A stretch of DNA of 64,000 nt, from positions 294,921 through 358,920 of the forward strand of contig NMRA01000188.1 of NCBI GenBank assembly GCA_002633005.1, given 5' to 3'. The position numbers and the translations under genes were made by a program. This document shows, one piece after another, positions 45,976 through 58,440 of this stretch. The stretch is from Phoronis australis (Eukaryota; Animalia; Phoronida). The notes below the pieces were generated by a model, which worked only from the letters and a program-made list of their open reading frames with translations, was not told the origin of the DNA and made no database searches. Positions within the stretch are counted from its first letter, which is position 1. Every line of letters begins with the position of its first letter.

Positions 45976-48059
45976 GGTTACCAAACTTTGTTTAATTTGG
46001 CGAATGCCACAATCACATGTTGTTGAACACAGACAGAGCGGCGAATGGATTAGTTCTATCGATGATATACGATATGACGCAAATATTTGTAAGAGATGGT
46101 GAATATTCAACAGGGATTTTTTGCAGTGAAGTTGTGTTGTTAAAATGACGTTGCTTCATTCTAAGTTTGATAAAACACGAGATAGAGACTTGAATGGTTT
46201 CAAAATTGAAAAACGATACCTCGTGAGTACCTACACATATGTTGAAGACAAAAGCGTCAACATACAGTAGACTCTAAATCGTGTTTTGTGCAAATCATCA
46301 ACTTGGAAAATGCCTCGTTGACAATTATCGAGGAAACAGGTTCGAGGAAATAGGCCTACCGACCGTCGTGTTCACGCGATCTAATCCAATGCAAACAAAC
46401 AAACGTGGATAGGTTCTAGTACTGTACAGTTAGCTCACTCAGTAGACACACGTTGATGCACACAATGCGGAACTGTTGATCACCAAGACGGCTATTTAGA
46501 TCGGTTAGTTTCGTGTACACTTGATGTGCAACGATCGCAACTGTTACAGCTGAGGCATGCACCGTAGTTGCAAGAGAGTGCAGCGAACGTGAACAAGGCA
46601 TACGTGCTCAACAGTGTATGGCGATATCTCGCGTGGATTTGCGTGATCTTGCGTTTCTCTAAATTTGCTCGGAGACGACGGTTGGTCGACAAAGTAAGCC
46701 TAGTACACGAATTGAACTTTAAGGAAAAATTCACCAGTTTGTCGTGTGAGGTTTCAGGAAACAGTGCGGCTGTAAAAAAGGTTTACCAGTAACACCACTG
46801 GAGCGTTATTTGCATCCGACATCATCAAACGCGACGTGGTCCACTGTAATTCGCTAGATCATCTCCCCGCAAGCGACGCTTCGTGCCTCAATAACTCAAA
46901 GATCTTCGGATTGACCTTTAATTGTTACCGGGCTCGAAATATGCTCTTTGGAAGGCTGACCTTTTCGCCTTCTAACCATTTCATACCTCCTTAAAAAACC
47001 ACCATTGCCACGGAATGCAACTCTCCGCAGAGATTTTGCTGGTCCAGTACATCTAATGTGTTCCTATCGTTCATGCTAAGATTCAACCACCGTATTAATT
47101 TTTGCTTTTCTAGCCGTTTACGACGTTCCCTTTGAATTTAATTTTCCTAGTGAGCGGCTGTTCCATGAACAAGTGATTACGTCATTTTACATGAAATTTG
47201 TACGGCTGTTCTTGTTGTTTTCCATTCTGATTCTGCCTTCTGTGACTCAAGGATTTGCACCGATGGAACCGCTAAACGACACTTTGATAACTTACTGACG
47301 CAGCGACCGATCTCGTTCTCGTCCAAATTCTGTACTCTACAGCAGTAACTTGTCAAATTTTCATCGAGTCTTCGCTTTTTCTTTTATCATATACTGAGGA
47401 GATAAGCCCTTGTCTACTGTACGGCCGTCTTCGGTCAGCACCACCAGGGTCGTCGGGCTATTTCAATGCACTGCAAGTAGGTGCCGTCAATTGTAGTTTT
47501 AACTACAATTGACGGCATATTTAAAAATATGCTTCAAACCTAACTAAAGAAATTGTCAATTTCTTACAAACCACGAAAACACAGTGAGTTCTGCAGTGTT
47601 ACAGTTATGGTCAATGCTAATAATAATTTCAAGAAGCCTATCATACCCAACATTAACAAGAAATGCATTTCCGGCAGTATTGCCGACTTCGGTCGACTAC
47701 TGTCGACCCTGGGGCTCAGGTGGAGGTGATGCTTTTTAATACATTTATTGCCCACGTATTATGGAAAGACTTGTCCGAGGTTGGGCGACTCAGATTTAGC
47801 CTTTAAAATGCAGTAAAAACAATATTTAGGGATCAATGAATGTAAATTAACATGGAAAAGAGAAGGGGGGGGGGGTGACCTTCATGCACCTCTCATACAC
47901 TCGTTCACACTGTGCTTAATGACGAAACAGCTAATACATGTAGTCTAAAGGCTTACATACCACATCAATATAGATATATACTCAAACATAAATAAAAATA
48001 AAACGATACGAAAATTCCTATCGCGTAGCAACAATATGCCCTAATTATTTAAATATCAA

Positions 48060-49300
48060 CAAAACAAAAACTTAGAAAAACGGTTGATTTCTGTACATTT
48101 CTAGGATAACAACTAAAGACATGCGAGCAGACTTCTCCATTTATTCAAATTTGTGCCAGAGGTATCTGTTAGAGTAGACCTTATAAAGGCGTTTAATTTC
48201 AGTTTAAAAGTGTTAAAAATCAGAGGTTTGTTTTCACTTTCTTGCCGAGTAATAGAAGAAAAGTGTGAGTGTGTTGGTACATAACTATCGCCTTTTTGTA
48301 CAAATGCATGTGAAATGGAGTTTTTAACCCAATCCTTATCACAATGTATGTTACCCTTCACACTTTTCAAGGTTTAATTGTTGGCCAGAAAAGTTTCCAG
48401 ATAATTTTATAAATGCAAAACATGTTTTTTTCCGAAATTCTCATCTTGGATGAACAAAATAGTGTCATCTGCGAAGTGCATTATTTTGATTTCCTTATTA
48501 CAAATTTTTAAACCGTGAAAAATTATTATTGTTTCTTAGGAAGTGTGACATGATCTCTGCACAAAATACAAATAATAGACTTGACTGCTGATATCCCTGT
48601 CGCAGTCTTCTTTCAAAATCAAAATAGTAAGTGGTGAATCTATTATTTAGAGCACAAGAAGAGATATTATAATACATTTTTTTTATTTTACTTATTACTT
48701 TTTGTCCCAAATTGAAAGCTTTTAAGGTTTATAATAGGATGTCTAGATATAAAGTATCTTAGGCTTTCATGAAAAATCGAATTTGACTTTTAATTTTTTG
48801 TTTACAATGCTCCATCACATCTAAAATAATCGAATACATTGACCGATACACCTTTTGTGTAATGACGTCTGGTGGGGTATGAATCAGATTTTCCTTGTAT
48901 TTGTCATGTTTTATATGGCCTTTGTGATCAATTCATAATCACAAGTCAGGACGGAGATTAGTCTCCAATTAAATACAAATTAAAATTCTTCACTATTTTT
49001 GCTGTTGGGTATAAAAGTGATGGCACGTTGTCGCTGTGATTTAGACAATTCGCCTCTTTAGAAGCTATAATAGTCTCTACACACTCATGTTTTATTTCCT
49101 CCCAGAATGTCTCACAAAACTCATATGAAATTCCGCCATTAAAAAGTGGCGCTGATTCATGATCATTTGGGGCCGCTGTGATTACAAGTTAGTTGAATGT
49201 CACTTCGCTACAAAATGTATTTGAGTAGAAATACATTTTTGTCAAAATTATAAGGGAATATGCTTTCTCTTGTTTCTGCCACAGTTATATTATTTTCGGG
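48060..49300 (-). mobile_element. Degenerate L1-clade (Tx1-like) non-LTR retrotransposon, reverse transcriptase remnant
   Basis: Broken frames give GGISYEFCETFW, NWRLISVLTCDYELITKAI, RQGYQQSSLLF and EIKIMHFADDTILF (FADD at 48464-48475); many stops and frameshifts. Confidence 0.85.
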
Positions 49301-50894
49301 TTAAGCATGGAACTCTCAAAGACAATAGGAAGACAGGTAGCGTTCATCTGCACTGTCAATTGACCCAAGACAGTACACACAGTACAACAACGCACGACAT
49401 AGTCCAGCAGTCTTCATATGTTAATGAACCGGAGCAATGTCTTAATAAGCAGAAGATTGCGGAGTTAAAAAACGCAAATAATATTAAACGGATGCCTTGT
49501 GTCAGTCACGAGTGTCCATCATATTTGTTTTCTTCGGAGCACATGAAAAACAAGGTCCGCCAGTGGCCGACCAATGAGAATTCTCTCCGTAAACCTCTTA
49601 CAGGATCCTTAAAAAATGTTATATGAAGATGACAACAGGAAAAGACGACTTGCGGACGGTTTCGACTATCGCTGTGCCCCTTAGTGGCATTTTTTTTCTT
49701 TTCCCTCTGTATTTGAAGTTTATTGACGGATTTTTTATCACAGATTTATATTATAGGTTTCGACAATCGAGGCGGTACCCTTGAGGTACCCCTGTCTATC
49801 AGCCAAACCACTCTAAGGATCATGAAAATTGGAATATATGTTCCAACTGGGAAAGAGGTGGCTGGCGATGATTTCGTATGGTACTCCAACTACTGTGGCG
49901 CTTCCTAGTGGCAGCTCTTTTTGCACTCGTCGCTTTATCTCCTAAACCCTCTGCTGGACCATAGTTCTTTAAAGCATTTTTATGACGTGTTTTGATGGAT
50001 TTGACCATAAACATCACATAGACCGAGTGCTACACAGGACAAAAATGGCGCAAAACACTGGGTGCCCTACAGCATCAGTCACAAAATCGGCGGGCTCGCA
50101 GTGTTACAGTATGCTTGCAGCCAAAGAGTTAAGATTTTTGGTCCTGCCATTGAGTCATGGTTTTTTTGGTTCGTCCATGGAGTTTAGAGGTTCTGCCACT
50201 AGGTTTTTATGTTCTGCCACCATAGTTTAAGCGGATAGATAATGCGTTGTTTCCACATCTGTCTTGGTGATTGAGACCATATAAGATCAATTAAAAGATA
50301 ATTATTGACCAGAATTTGCTGTTATCCAATGTTGATGCTTTTTGTTAATTGTACTTAAGTAAATATTTGGTATCAATGACAAACATATGTATTTTTACCT
50401 GTTCTGAAAAATCACATCCCCGAACCTACACGCTAGCCATCAAAATCAGTACATCTAAGTGAATAATGTATTCTCTGTTGAAATATATACTGCAAAATCA
50501 GATTTCTTCTCTTGTATTAAAACAAACATATCCTTGCAAAGTCTGTACTTATGTTTAAGTTGATATTGGAAATTTTGTGGATTTGCACTGTTTGCTTATG
50601 AGCTCTTTGTTTTTTGACTCAAAACTTGCGCAAAAACTAAAGTGTATAGTAACCAAAATATCAAACCTGTGCGACTGAATTGCGCATCCGACCTATACCC
50701 AAAATACAAAATTTCCCATGAAACCGAGTGGAAATATACCCAACCGAGCCGGTGTAGCATTAAATAATGACCCCGTGGAAATTGACCCCGGCTAGTTTTT
50801 TCACAGGGTCTAAATTTATTGTGAAAAATTTTTAGCCCATGAAAAAAATGACCTCACTTCCGTGAAAACCCGTTGTGTCATTACTCAACGGTTC

Positions 50895-51304
50895 CAGGGC
50901 GGATCCAGAAATTTTATTTAGGGGGGCCAAGGCAGAGGATCACATGCGCGCACCCAGCCTAAAATATAGAGGGGGCTTGAATTTCGCGGTCATGTGGGTC
51001 TTTTACTGGAGCAAGAAGACGAATACTAAAAAACGGGGTACTAGGTTCAACTCCATGTATTGTACATTCGCGAAGAATTCCTGTGGTCTTTTGTCTCGTT
51101 TCCTCGGACCTTTTGTTTCTCTGCTAAGAAGGACCTTTTTGCCCACTTGGTCAAATGGGGGGGGCTCATTTGAGCCCCCCTCCCCCCTGTGCGCGCGCAT
51201 GTATTACCCAGGAATTTGCCCGTCGGACTTTTGCACCCCCGAACTGTCAAATGGAATCTGGGAGAATTTTAGCGGGGTCTTGGCCCCCTCTAAATCCGCC
51301 ACTG
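50895..51304 (-). mobile_element. MITE of the same family as 12008-12169, containing a nested CATGCGCGC-terminal MITE (50943-51201)
   Basis: Outer TIRs CAGGGCGGAT / ATCCGCCACTG; inner TIRs CATGCGCGC / GCGCGCATG. Confidence 0.6.
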
Positions 51305-52503
51305 TGTTCCTCCGCAACTGCAGATTGGGATAAGCAGACACGATTCCCGCAATTGGCGATCTTGTAACGATGTTCGATACAAGGATGTTTAGGCCTGGGG
51401 TCACCTGAGTAACGCTCGGCAAGAGAAATCTTGCTTTTTCAATATATGCCGAAATTAGGCCGACTAGGAATACAATGTGGGAAGCTGGGCTGAAGCGAAA
51501 ACAATTACAATTTTGAGCACATAATTACACGGTGTGGTTATACTAAAAAACGCCGACAAGTGCCTGGTGTTTGATCGGGGGCGACATCAGATCCGTGAGA
51601 GAGAAATACCGTGCGTGAGAGAAGAATGTTTGTCCGTTGGCAATCCCGAGCGATGCACAGGAGAGGAATTGATTCAGTGTTCTTTGATTTTTACATTACG
51701 GAGTTCTCCCGTTTAGGTTGTATATCACAAGTTGGGCGGATGACCGCTGTAGCCAATATCTTACACTGACGACTGATTTAATCCATCCCTAATTGCCAGA
51801 AGTTCTGGCAATTAGGGATGGAGGGTCAGCTCTCTTTTGTTTGATAGTTGCTCTAATCTCCAAGAAGATCATATCTTATTGACTCGCTGGGCTGTGGTGT
51901 TAAAAATAAGTTAAGTTATAAATTTTTTGAACATAAACCAATGATATTTCTAAATTCTCCATCAAATACTGGTCATGCTTAAAGTTTTTGAATCACCAAA
52001 ATCGCCCAAGTATACAATCGAAGTTAAGATTATCGCTCACAACCGCTGTTCGTCTGGTTAAGTCACGGAACGAGATAACGACCTAATGAACTTTAAAACC
52101 CTGTCAATTATTTATATGAACCCAATGAGGTCATTTTTCACAGCAGTTTACATTAAATTTAGACCCCATTAAAAGCGACCCGGGTCCTATTTTAATTTAC
52201 AAAGTTACCCGCGGTCATTGTTCAACACTCAGTGAAAAGGCTTTATTGGGGTACCACGAAAGTACGTCCCGAGTGAGCGGCACGTCTCCTAGATATAATG
52301 TATTTGTATCGAGCGACACGAATTAAATGATAAATTCGCTCGATCTTAGTGGTTTCTCTTGAAAAAAACGAAAAAATGAAACGTTGGCAGTGGACTGACA
52401 GGCGTGCAGCCGCTCAGGTCACTCGAAAATCTGCCACTGGTTGCGATCTCCTAATAGTTTGGTATTTTCTCAATCGACTGATTAACTCTGAAAAACGCAT
52501 TAA

Positions 52504-55500
52504 GAGTGACTCCATATAAAAACCAACAGGTAGAGTCTATACCCAGTATCACCGATTTTTTTGAAACTTTGCACATGAGTTTGCTTTGTTGAGATGTAGA
52601 AAAACCTCTCTTTCTAAGAATTTTCTTTCATTATTTTTCTTTTTATGACCTGTACCTCCATTTTGCAACAAAATTGGGCGTCGAAGTAGGCATGTTTGAA
52701 TGCATTTTACTAGCATGTGTGGTAAGGACAAAACAAATGAATAATACGAATTGAAAGGGCAATGGCTGAATAATTTAATGACATAACTTTCAAAATCCAT
52801 TTTTAAATTTGTACGTTTTGAATTTGTGAGGCAAAAACGGCTATTTTTTAGGTTTTCACTGAAGCCATTTTCGGCCAAACTTGGCACTCTGTAGCAGCCA
52901 TAACGCACCTTTCCTGAAATTGACTTTATAATATTTTGTTTCGTCATTCCTAACCTGTTCATAATCTAAAATAAAAAATCTTGTAGTTTTTGCGTACGAA
53001 GCATTACACGAATTGCTCTTCGTCCTTTTGCATGTTCTCAGTTGCCTCTGCTGCCAACAGGGGGCTCTTGGAACATATAATTAGCTTGCGAAACACGACA
53101 TAAAAAACCTTGTATTTTGGAGAAAAGTCAGAGAGCATTATTAATTACCATTCTATGAAAACGGCATTGATGATTATTGCTTATTACATAAAATATGTAA
53201 CGTAAATCAACTGGCATGCGTGGTTCTAAATGATAGATGGCACTGTTTTTGTTTACGTAGAGACTGAAGACGCATCTAGAATAAGAGCAGTAACACGAGG
53301 ACCTTGCTATAATTCAAGACTTCGCGAGATATTGCCCTGCATTTTAAATGAGAACACGTGGTTTTGGATAAATTTCAGAGAGGTTCTAGTGTTACTGAAC
53401 TCACCCCTGCCTTGTTTTCTATCTGCCTTGTTCGTGCCACAGGCAAAGGAAGGCACCCAAGGTGGATATGGCCCCCTAGTGTTCAGTGCAAAAATCCTTC
53501 AACTTGTCAATAGTCATTGTAACTTTGGGTTCATATTGTAATGTTCCTGCTGGTTGCTACAAATTTTAGTCGCCACCAGTCGCCAGAAATCTGGTGTTCC
53601 CTCCACACACCGGGCACCCTAACGCTGAATATTTCTGTCAGTGTGATCATAAGTGGTATAAAAAGGTACACAGTCACAGTCAATAGAAAATAATTCACGA
53701 GAGACAATTTTATTAATGACTCATTCATGACAGACATGAAGTAAAAAGAAGTAACGGTCTCGACTTCATATATCACACATCTTTGACTGGTATGCTACAA
53801 AACAAGGCTACATTGAGCTCATTTACCACTTCATTCAGTAAATCTGACGATATAACAGCACCTTCAGCAGAAATTGCATCGTCAAAAACATTGCTGAAAA
53901 AATCCACCAATCTGCGATTCACTTAATATAACAGGTAAACACTTTACCAGTGGGTTCTCGTAATGTTTTCTCCATTTTGGCACTTCCGAGGGTGAACGTT
54001 TTTACCTGACTTATCGCCTTCATCGAATATGTTCGTCAGAAAGTTCTTAACCTTTGCTGAAAATCTTGTTGACCTTTTACCTTTTTTCAATGACTAACCT
54101 ATTGCTTCAGCATACGTGTCATCCAAATAGTACTCTGAGGCTGCCTCAAATGACGCTCCGGTTCTTGCATCTGAATGCATTTCTGACCACTGGCGTGCGA
54201 TGTGGTCATACGTGGTTTCCTTCTGTAAATGTTCAGTGTGGTTACCCACATCCAAATGCTGACCTAGTTCTGCGTCTGTAGAGAAAATTTTCGAGTAACC
54301 TTGCTGGGTACATGGGAACTTTTGTTGAGGCTCTTCACTAGATACAATGCCAACCTTAACTCTTGGTGTTGAAAATCCGCCATGTCTAGAGATGTTAGAG
54401 TATTTTAGAGAAATAGGTTTCCCATTTTCACAGCATTTGTAAGAGCTTATCGTCACCTACATGGGATGATTTCCACACGCGAATTCCTTGGGTGGAATAG
54501 TGGGAATTTGGGAATGTGCTTATACCATGAACTGAGTATTTTGGAAAAGACTTTGTAGCATTGACTGAACATGCATACACATAACATCCCTTCACACGGC
54601 CACTGGAAAGTAATGCTTCTTTCAAAACCAGGCTACAAAATACTTTGCGTGTTGTTTGAGTGGAGCAATCTTGCGATCACAGAGATCCTTTTCATTCTGA
54701 CTTTCGCTAATGTCATATCTCGAAACAGAAATGCCGGTAGAATTTGACAAGGCTGCTACGTTCAGGAGGAGAGGAGCAGAGTGGTAACATCCAGCATTAC
54801 CTGACTCTTCCATGACTGGTCCTTTTCAGTCAGAAATTCACCGACTCTGGGTAGTAACGAGTGCGTACTCTGGCACAGGCCTTGCTTTGTGAGGTAGTTT
54901 CCTGTATCTCAAATGTTCAGTGGTGTCTTTGACATAACTCACTAAAGCACAAAGCTTTTGTGATCGGATTCTTTGCAGAATAAACTCTAAAGGAACATGA
55001 AGGCCCATCGACATCGTCCGCCATTTTGTCTTTTCAAAATGCACTTGCTTCTTTCAAAACCAGTCATTACAAATATTAATCCTCACTCGTTTAATCTTAA
55101 AGCCATTTATTTCCATNGTCTTTGACATAACTCACTAAAGCACAAAGCTTTTGTGATCGGATTTTTTGCAGAATAAACTCTAAAGGAACATGAGGGCCCA
55201 TCGACATCGTCCGCCATTTTGTCTTTTCAAAATGCACTTGCTTCTTTCAATACCAGTCATTACAAATATTAATCCTCACTCGTTTAATCTTAAAGCCATT
55301 TATTTCCATTTAAAATTTCTACAGAGTGTTTAAATTAACCTGATAATGTAAAAGAAATGAAAGACTACAAGAAGGTTACACGTACATTTTTTATATATCC
55401 TCAAGCTTAACGTCAACTGACTCCCTCAGTGGGCAAAGGTCATCGGGTTCAGGTTTGATACTAGCCGCGTAAATAAACCCGGAAAACATCTTGTTTTCAT

Positions 55501-56141
55501 TTGAAAGAGTTTAGACTTGGCTTCTATAACTATTTAAAGCAGACTTCTTGCCTAAAACTTTATTCAAATGGTGTGTAAACTCTGCTCGTCATTTCCAAAC
55601 TATGAAAATAGACAGTTTTGCAAGACAATTTTCACTAAGGTGCAAAGTTGAGGCAAGATTTTTTATTGCTCAATCATTAAGACTAACTCTTTAACTGTGT
55701 ATTCAAAACGTCACATAAGGCCACAAGGTGTTTTATGGCAGTAAGAAGGTCACAAAAATGGCCACTAAAATTAGCCCCAAAAGTGGTCTGTAGATTATCT
55801 CCCCTGTCTAGCACAAAACTGTCAGATTTTAATAAATGGCACAGAATTATGTACAGTATACGTTGGTTATTTCAGCCACCAAAATATAGCTTTTGATCTA
55901 TTTTGTATGTTACTCATTTTTGTTGCTGAAAACATGCGATTTTTGAGACGGCTAATATGCCCAATTGTGCCAATTTGTGTTATCATGCTCCAGCGGCGAA
56001 ATTAGGGGTCATTGAGTGCACAAAATTTGGCATTTGGGTTTATGTTAGGATACCTACCCATGTACAAAAAATGAAGTTGTTTTAAATTTTGACGTATGGA
56101 CTGATTTTTGAAAATCTACTGGTTTTTATATGGACTGTCTC
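52504..56141 (-). mobile_element. Sola3-like DNA transposon, internally deleted, TTAA target-site duplication
   Basis: TTAA at 52500-52503 and 56142-56145. Termini GAGTGACTCCATATAAAAACCA / TGGTTTTTATATGGACTGTCTC form an imperfect 22-bp TIR with GAG…CTC ends. Transposase remnants inside. Confidence 0.75.
53830..54813 (-). pseudogene. Sola3-type transposase C-terminal remnant
   Basis: NAGCYH…RYDISESQNEKDLCDRKIAPLK, EALLSSGRVKG, zinc-finger-like FPCTQQGYSKIFS…HLDVGNH, and RFSAKVKNFLTNIFDEGDKSGKK, spread across frameshifts. Confidence 0.75.
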
Positions 56142-57308
56142 TTAAGTGCTACATCACATGTTTTTGTATGTTTCTGGAAAAATCACACTCTTCGGCCCCT
56201 TTAGTTGTTAGGTATCGCGCTTTGAAAAGGAAAGTCTACCCCGTTCGTTTACACGGCAATTAGCCGTGTCACGTGACTAGTAGCACTCTCCAATATGGCG
56301 ACAACTTGTCAGAAAGGTCGCACTGAATAGTTCGGCTGCGACCGCGGCCAATTTGCACTGCCAAAATATTAACATTTTGGGGTAGGCCAAGTTTGGGGGC
56401 ATTTTGTAGGTGGGCTTTGCACGTAAGCTCAGTGAATGTGGTTTGTTTGTATTTGTGAACATGCTGTGAATAAAAAAGTCCACTTTCTTGGTTGTAGCTG
56501 CACTCTTCTTCAAGATGGCGGACCCCGGCTGCAATTGTGCATTGCTGGGTAGCGACTGAGAAATTGGCTGTGATTTTAGGTAGCCCTCTAACAAGCAAGA
56601 ATTGCCAAAAAACTAGTTGGTTGACAGTACTTTTGGAGCACATTTTCGGAATCGGTACGAAATTTGCTTTCAGACTCCAATGTTGGCTTTAGTCGTGCAT
56701 AGGGCAGGGAAGTGGTGTTTTTGAGGTGAAAAGTGCCAATTTTGCATTTTTTGCCCTTATTTTTCTTAGTCTAGCTTGGTTTTCAATGGGAATGAAAGGG
56801 TCAAAAATACAAGAGAGAATAAAGTTTCTGTGCTCATCTGCAGGGCTTTTTATGTGAAATAATTGAAAACAGGTCATTCTTTGCATCCTGTTTTTGACAG
56901 AGTGAAGAAAAGGTGACAAATCAAGTGATGTGTGTTTTGCTGGACAAAACCCAGTGAGAACTGTTCTGTGCCTCCGTAAAAGAAATGGCGAAATTTCAAG
57001 TTTGAAATATTTCAAAGTTTTGGCACTAATTCTTCTCTCTGCCACAAATCAAAGTGAGAACAATAGGTTTTGTTGAATATTTTTTCATTTTTTTTTGTAA
57101 AAATTGAACAAAGAATTGTGTGCGACTGTGTACTTGGACCAGCTGGTGGCACAGGAGCCCGGCAGCTGGGTTTCGATGTGGTGCTTGCAATTAACTTTAG
57201 ACACTCATTAATGCATTTCAAATGACAATTTAATGTTCATCAGCAACAGTGTGCTGCAGTGCAATTAAAAACAACTGCAGGTACAGGTAGAACAACCCTC
57301 TCTCTGCC

Positions 57309-57692
57309 ATGGCCAGTGCATTCTTTCAAGCACCCTTAAATAACCAAGAATCCCATAGTCTAAAACAAACCCTCTCTTTAAAATCTCACCGTGTGGGACA
57401 GTGCTAGCTGTGGACAGGTCCTGTAAATAAGAAGGGATATGGTGTTCACTGTGTTAAATTTCGAGGGAAATATATCAGAGTACAGGCTCATCGCTTGTCT
57501 TATTACTTGCATGGCACGCCCCAGCGGCTGTCCCAGTCCCACCACGTTTCCCACCTCTTTCATAACCCTTCCTGTATAAAATTCTCTCACCTTTCTTAAG
57601 AACTCCCCAAAATTAACAACTCCAGGTAAATTTGCAAAAATAATGGGGAATTCACATGTCATTGGGGATACAAATCATGCCTGCTGAATATG
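57309..57692 (+). pseudogene. His-Me finger (HNH / His-Cys-box-like zinc-binding loop) nuclease pseudogene, KolobokP-type accessory ORF
   Basis: Single frame from ATG 57309: …QC*LWTGPVNKKGYG…AHRLSYYL…VSHLFHNPSCIKFSHLS*ELPKINNSR*ICKNNGEFTCH…C; stops at 57405, 57597 and 57627. Confidence 0.85.
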
Positions 57693-57764
57693 GTAATCCT
57701 ATCAAGAGCTTTTAAGTTCCGTTTTTCCAGTTGTCGTTTGGTTATTGCTTTGACTAAAATACAC

Positions 57765-58135
57765 TTAGTAACTAAGTCCATAGCTGTGGTCAGTAGCACT
57801 AGTAGACGCTATGTTTTCCGTACTTTAAACATATTTGTCGAACAGTTTCGTGTTGGCCCTTAGGTAGTACCAGGCCTTTTTATATTGTTGGCTTGACTTT
57901 CGCGCGGCTTGGTAGCGCTTTCTGGAGTCCACATTTCACAACATTTTTCATGGCACTGTTTTCAGGCACGGTTAGTCCTGATGCCTCGGCCAGCTTCACC
58001 GTGGATTTCCATTGTCCCAGGGTTCTGGAATGTATGGCTGAATGGCACAGCCCCGTGAAGTTCCGTATGTATCGTAATGTTTTTGGTGCATACGCATAAC
58101 CTGCTGCATTCAAACACTCACTGATGTTTGTGTTG
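57765..58135 (-). pseudogene. C-terminus of a Kolobok(P)-type DDD/E transposase
   Basis: TNISECLNAA…PKTLRYIRNFTGLCHSAIHSRTLG (putative catalytic-Glu region), then after a frameshift RKSSQQYK…TDHSYGLSY*. Convergent with the His-Me ORF. Confidence 0.65.
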
Positions 58136-58440
58136 AACTGAAACTACGCAGGACACGAGAGAATGCATTGCACAAACCAGAATATAACGATAAGCAAAAG
58201 AACAATACTTACATCATGAAAACCCTGCAATCTCGACAACGAAACCAATGACATGCATACACTGCACACAGATACGAAATACGAATGAATGGAACTGGCG
58301 GGTAGAACGCTTTTAAATGTCAGTACCAAGTGACAAGTTCACAATCTGGGGGGTACTTGAAAATGAGTACAACAGGAAACAATACTTAATATACACAGGC
58401 AATATGAATGATTGCGTCTGCAGTAACATTACTCCCCCCG
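58135..58440 (-). repeat. BEL polypurine tract (58429-58440) and start of 3' LTR (TGTTACTGCAG… from 58428)
   Basis: Minus strand reads GGGGGGAGTAA then TGT, about 100 nt after the integrase stop; the same junction recurs at 59491-59530. The LTR distal end is uncertain. Confidence 0.75.

Noticed and set aside
46400-47400. CpG-rich, coding-looking region with short ORFs
   Set aside because: No recognisable domain in the frames I read; probably a decayed transposon.
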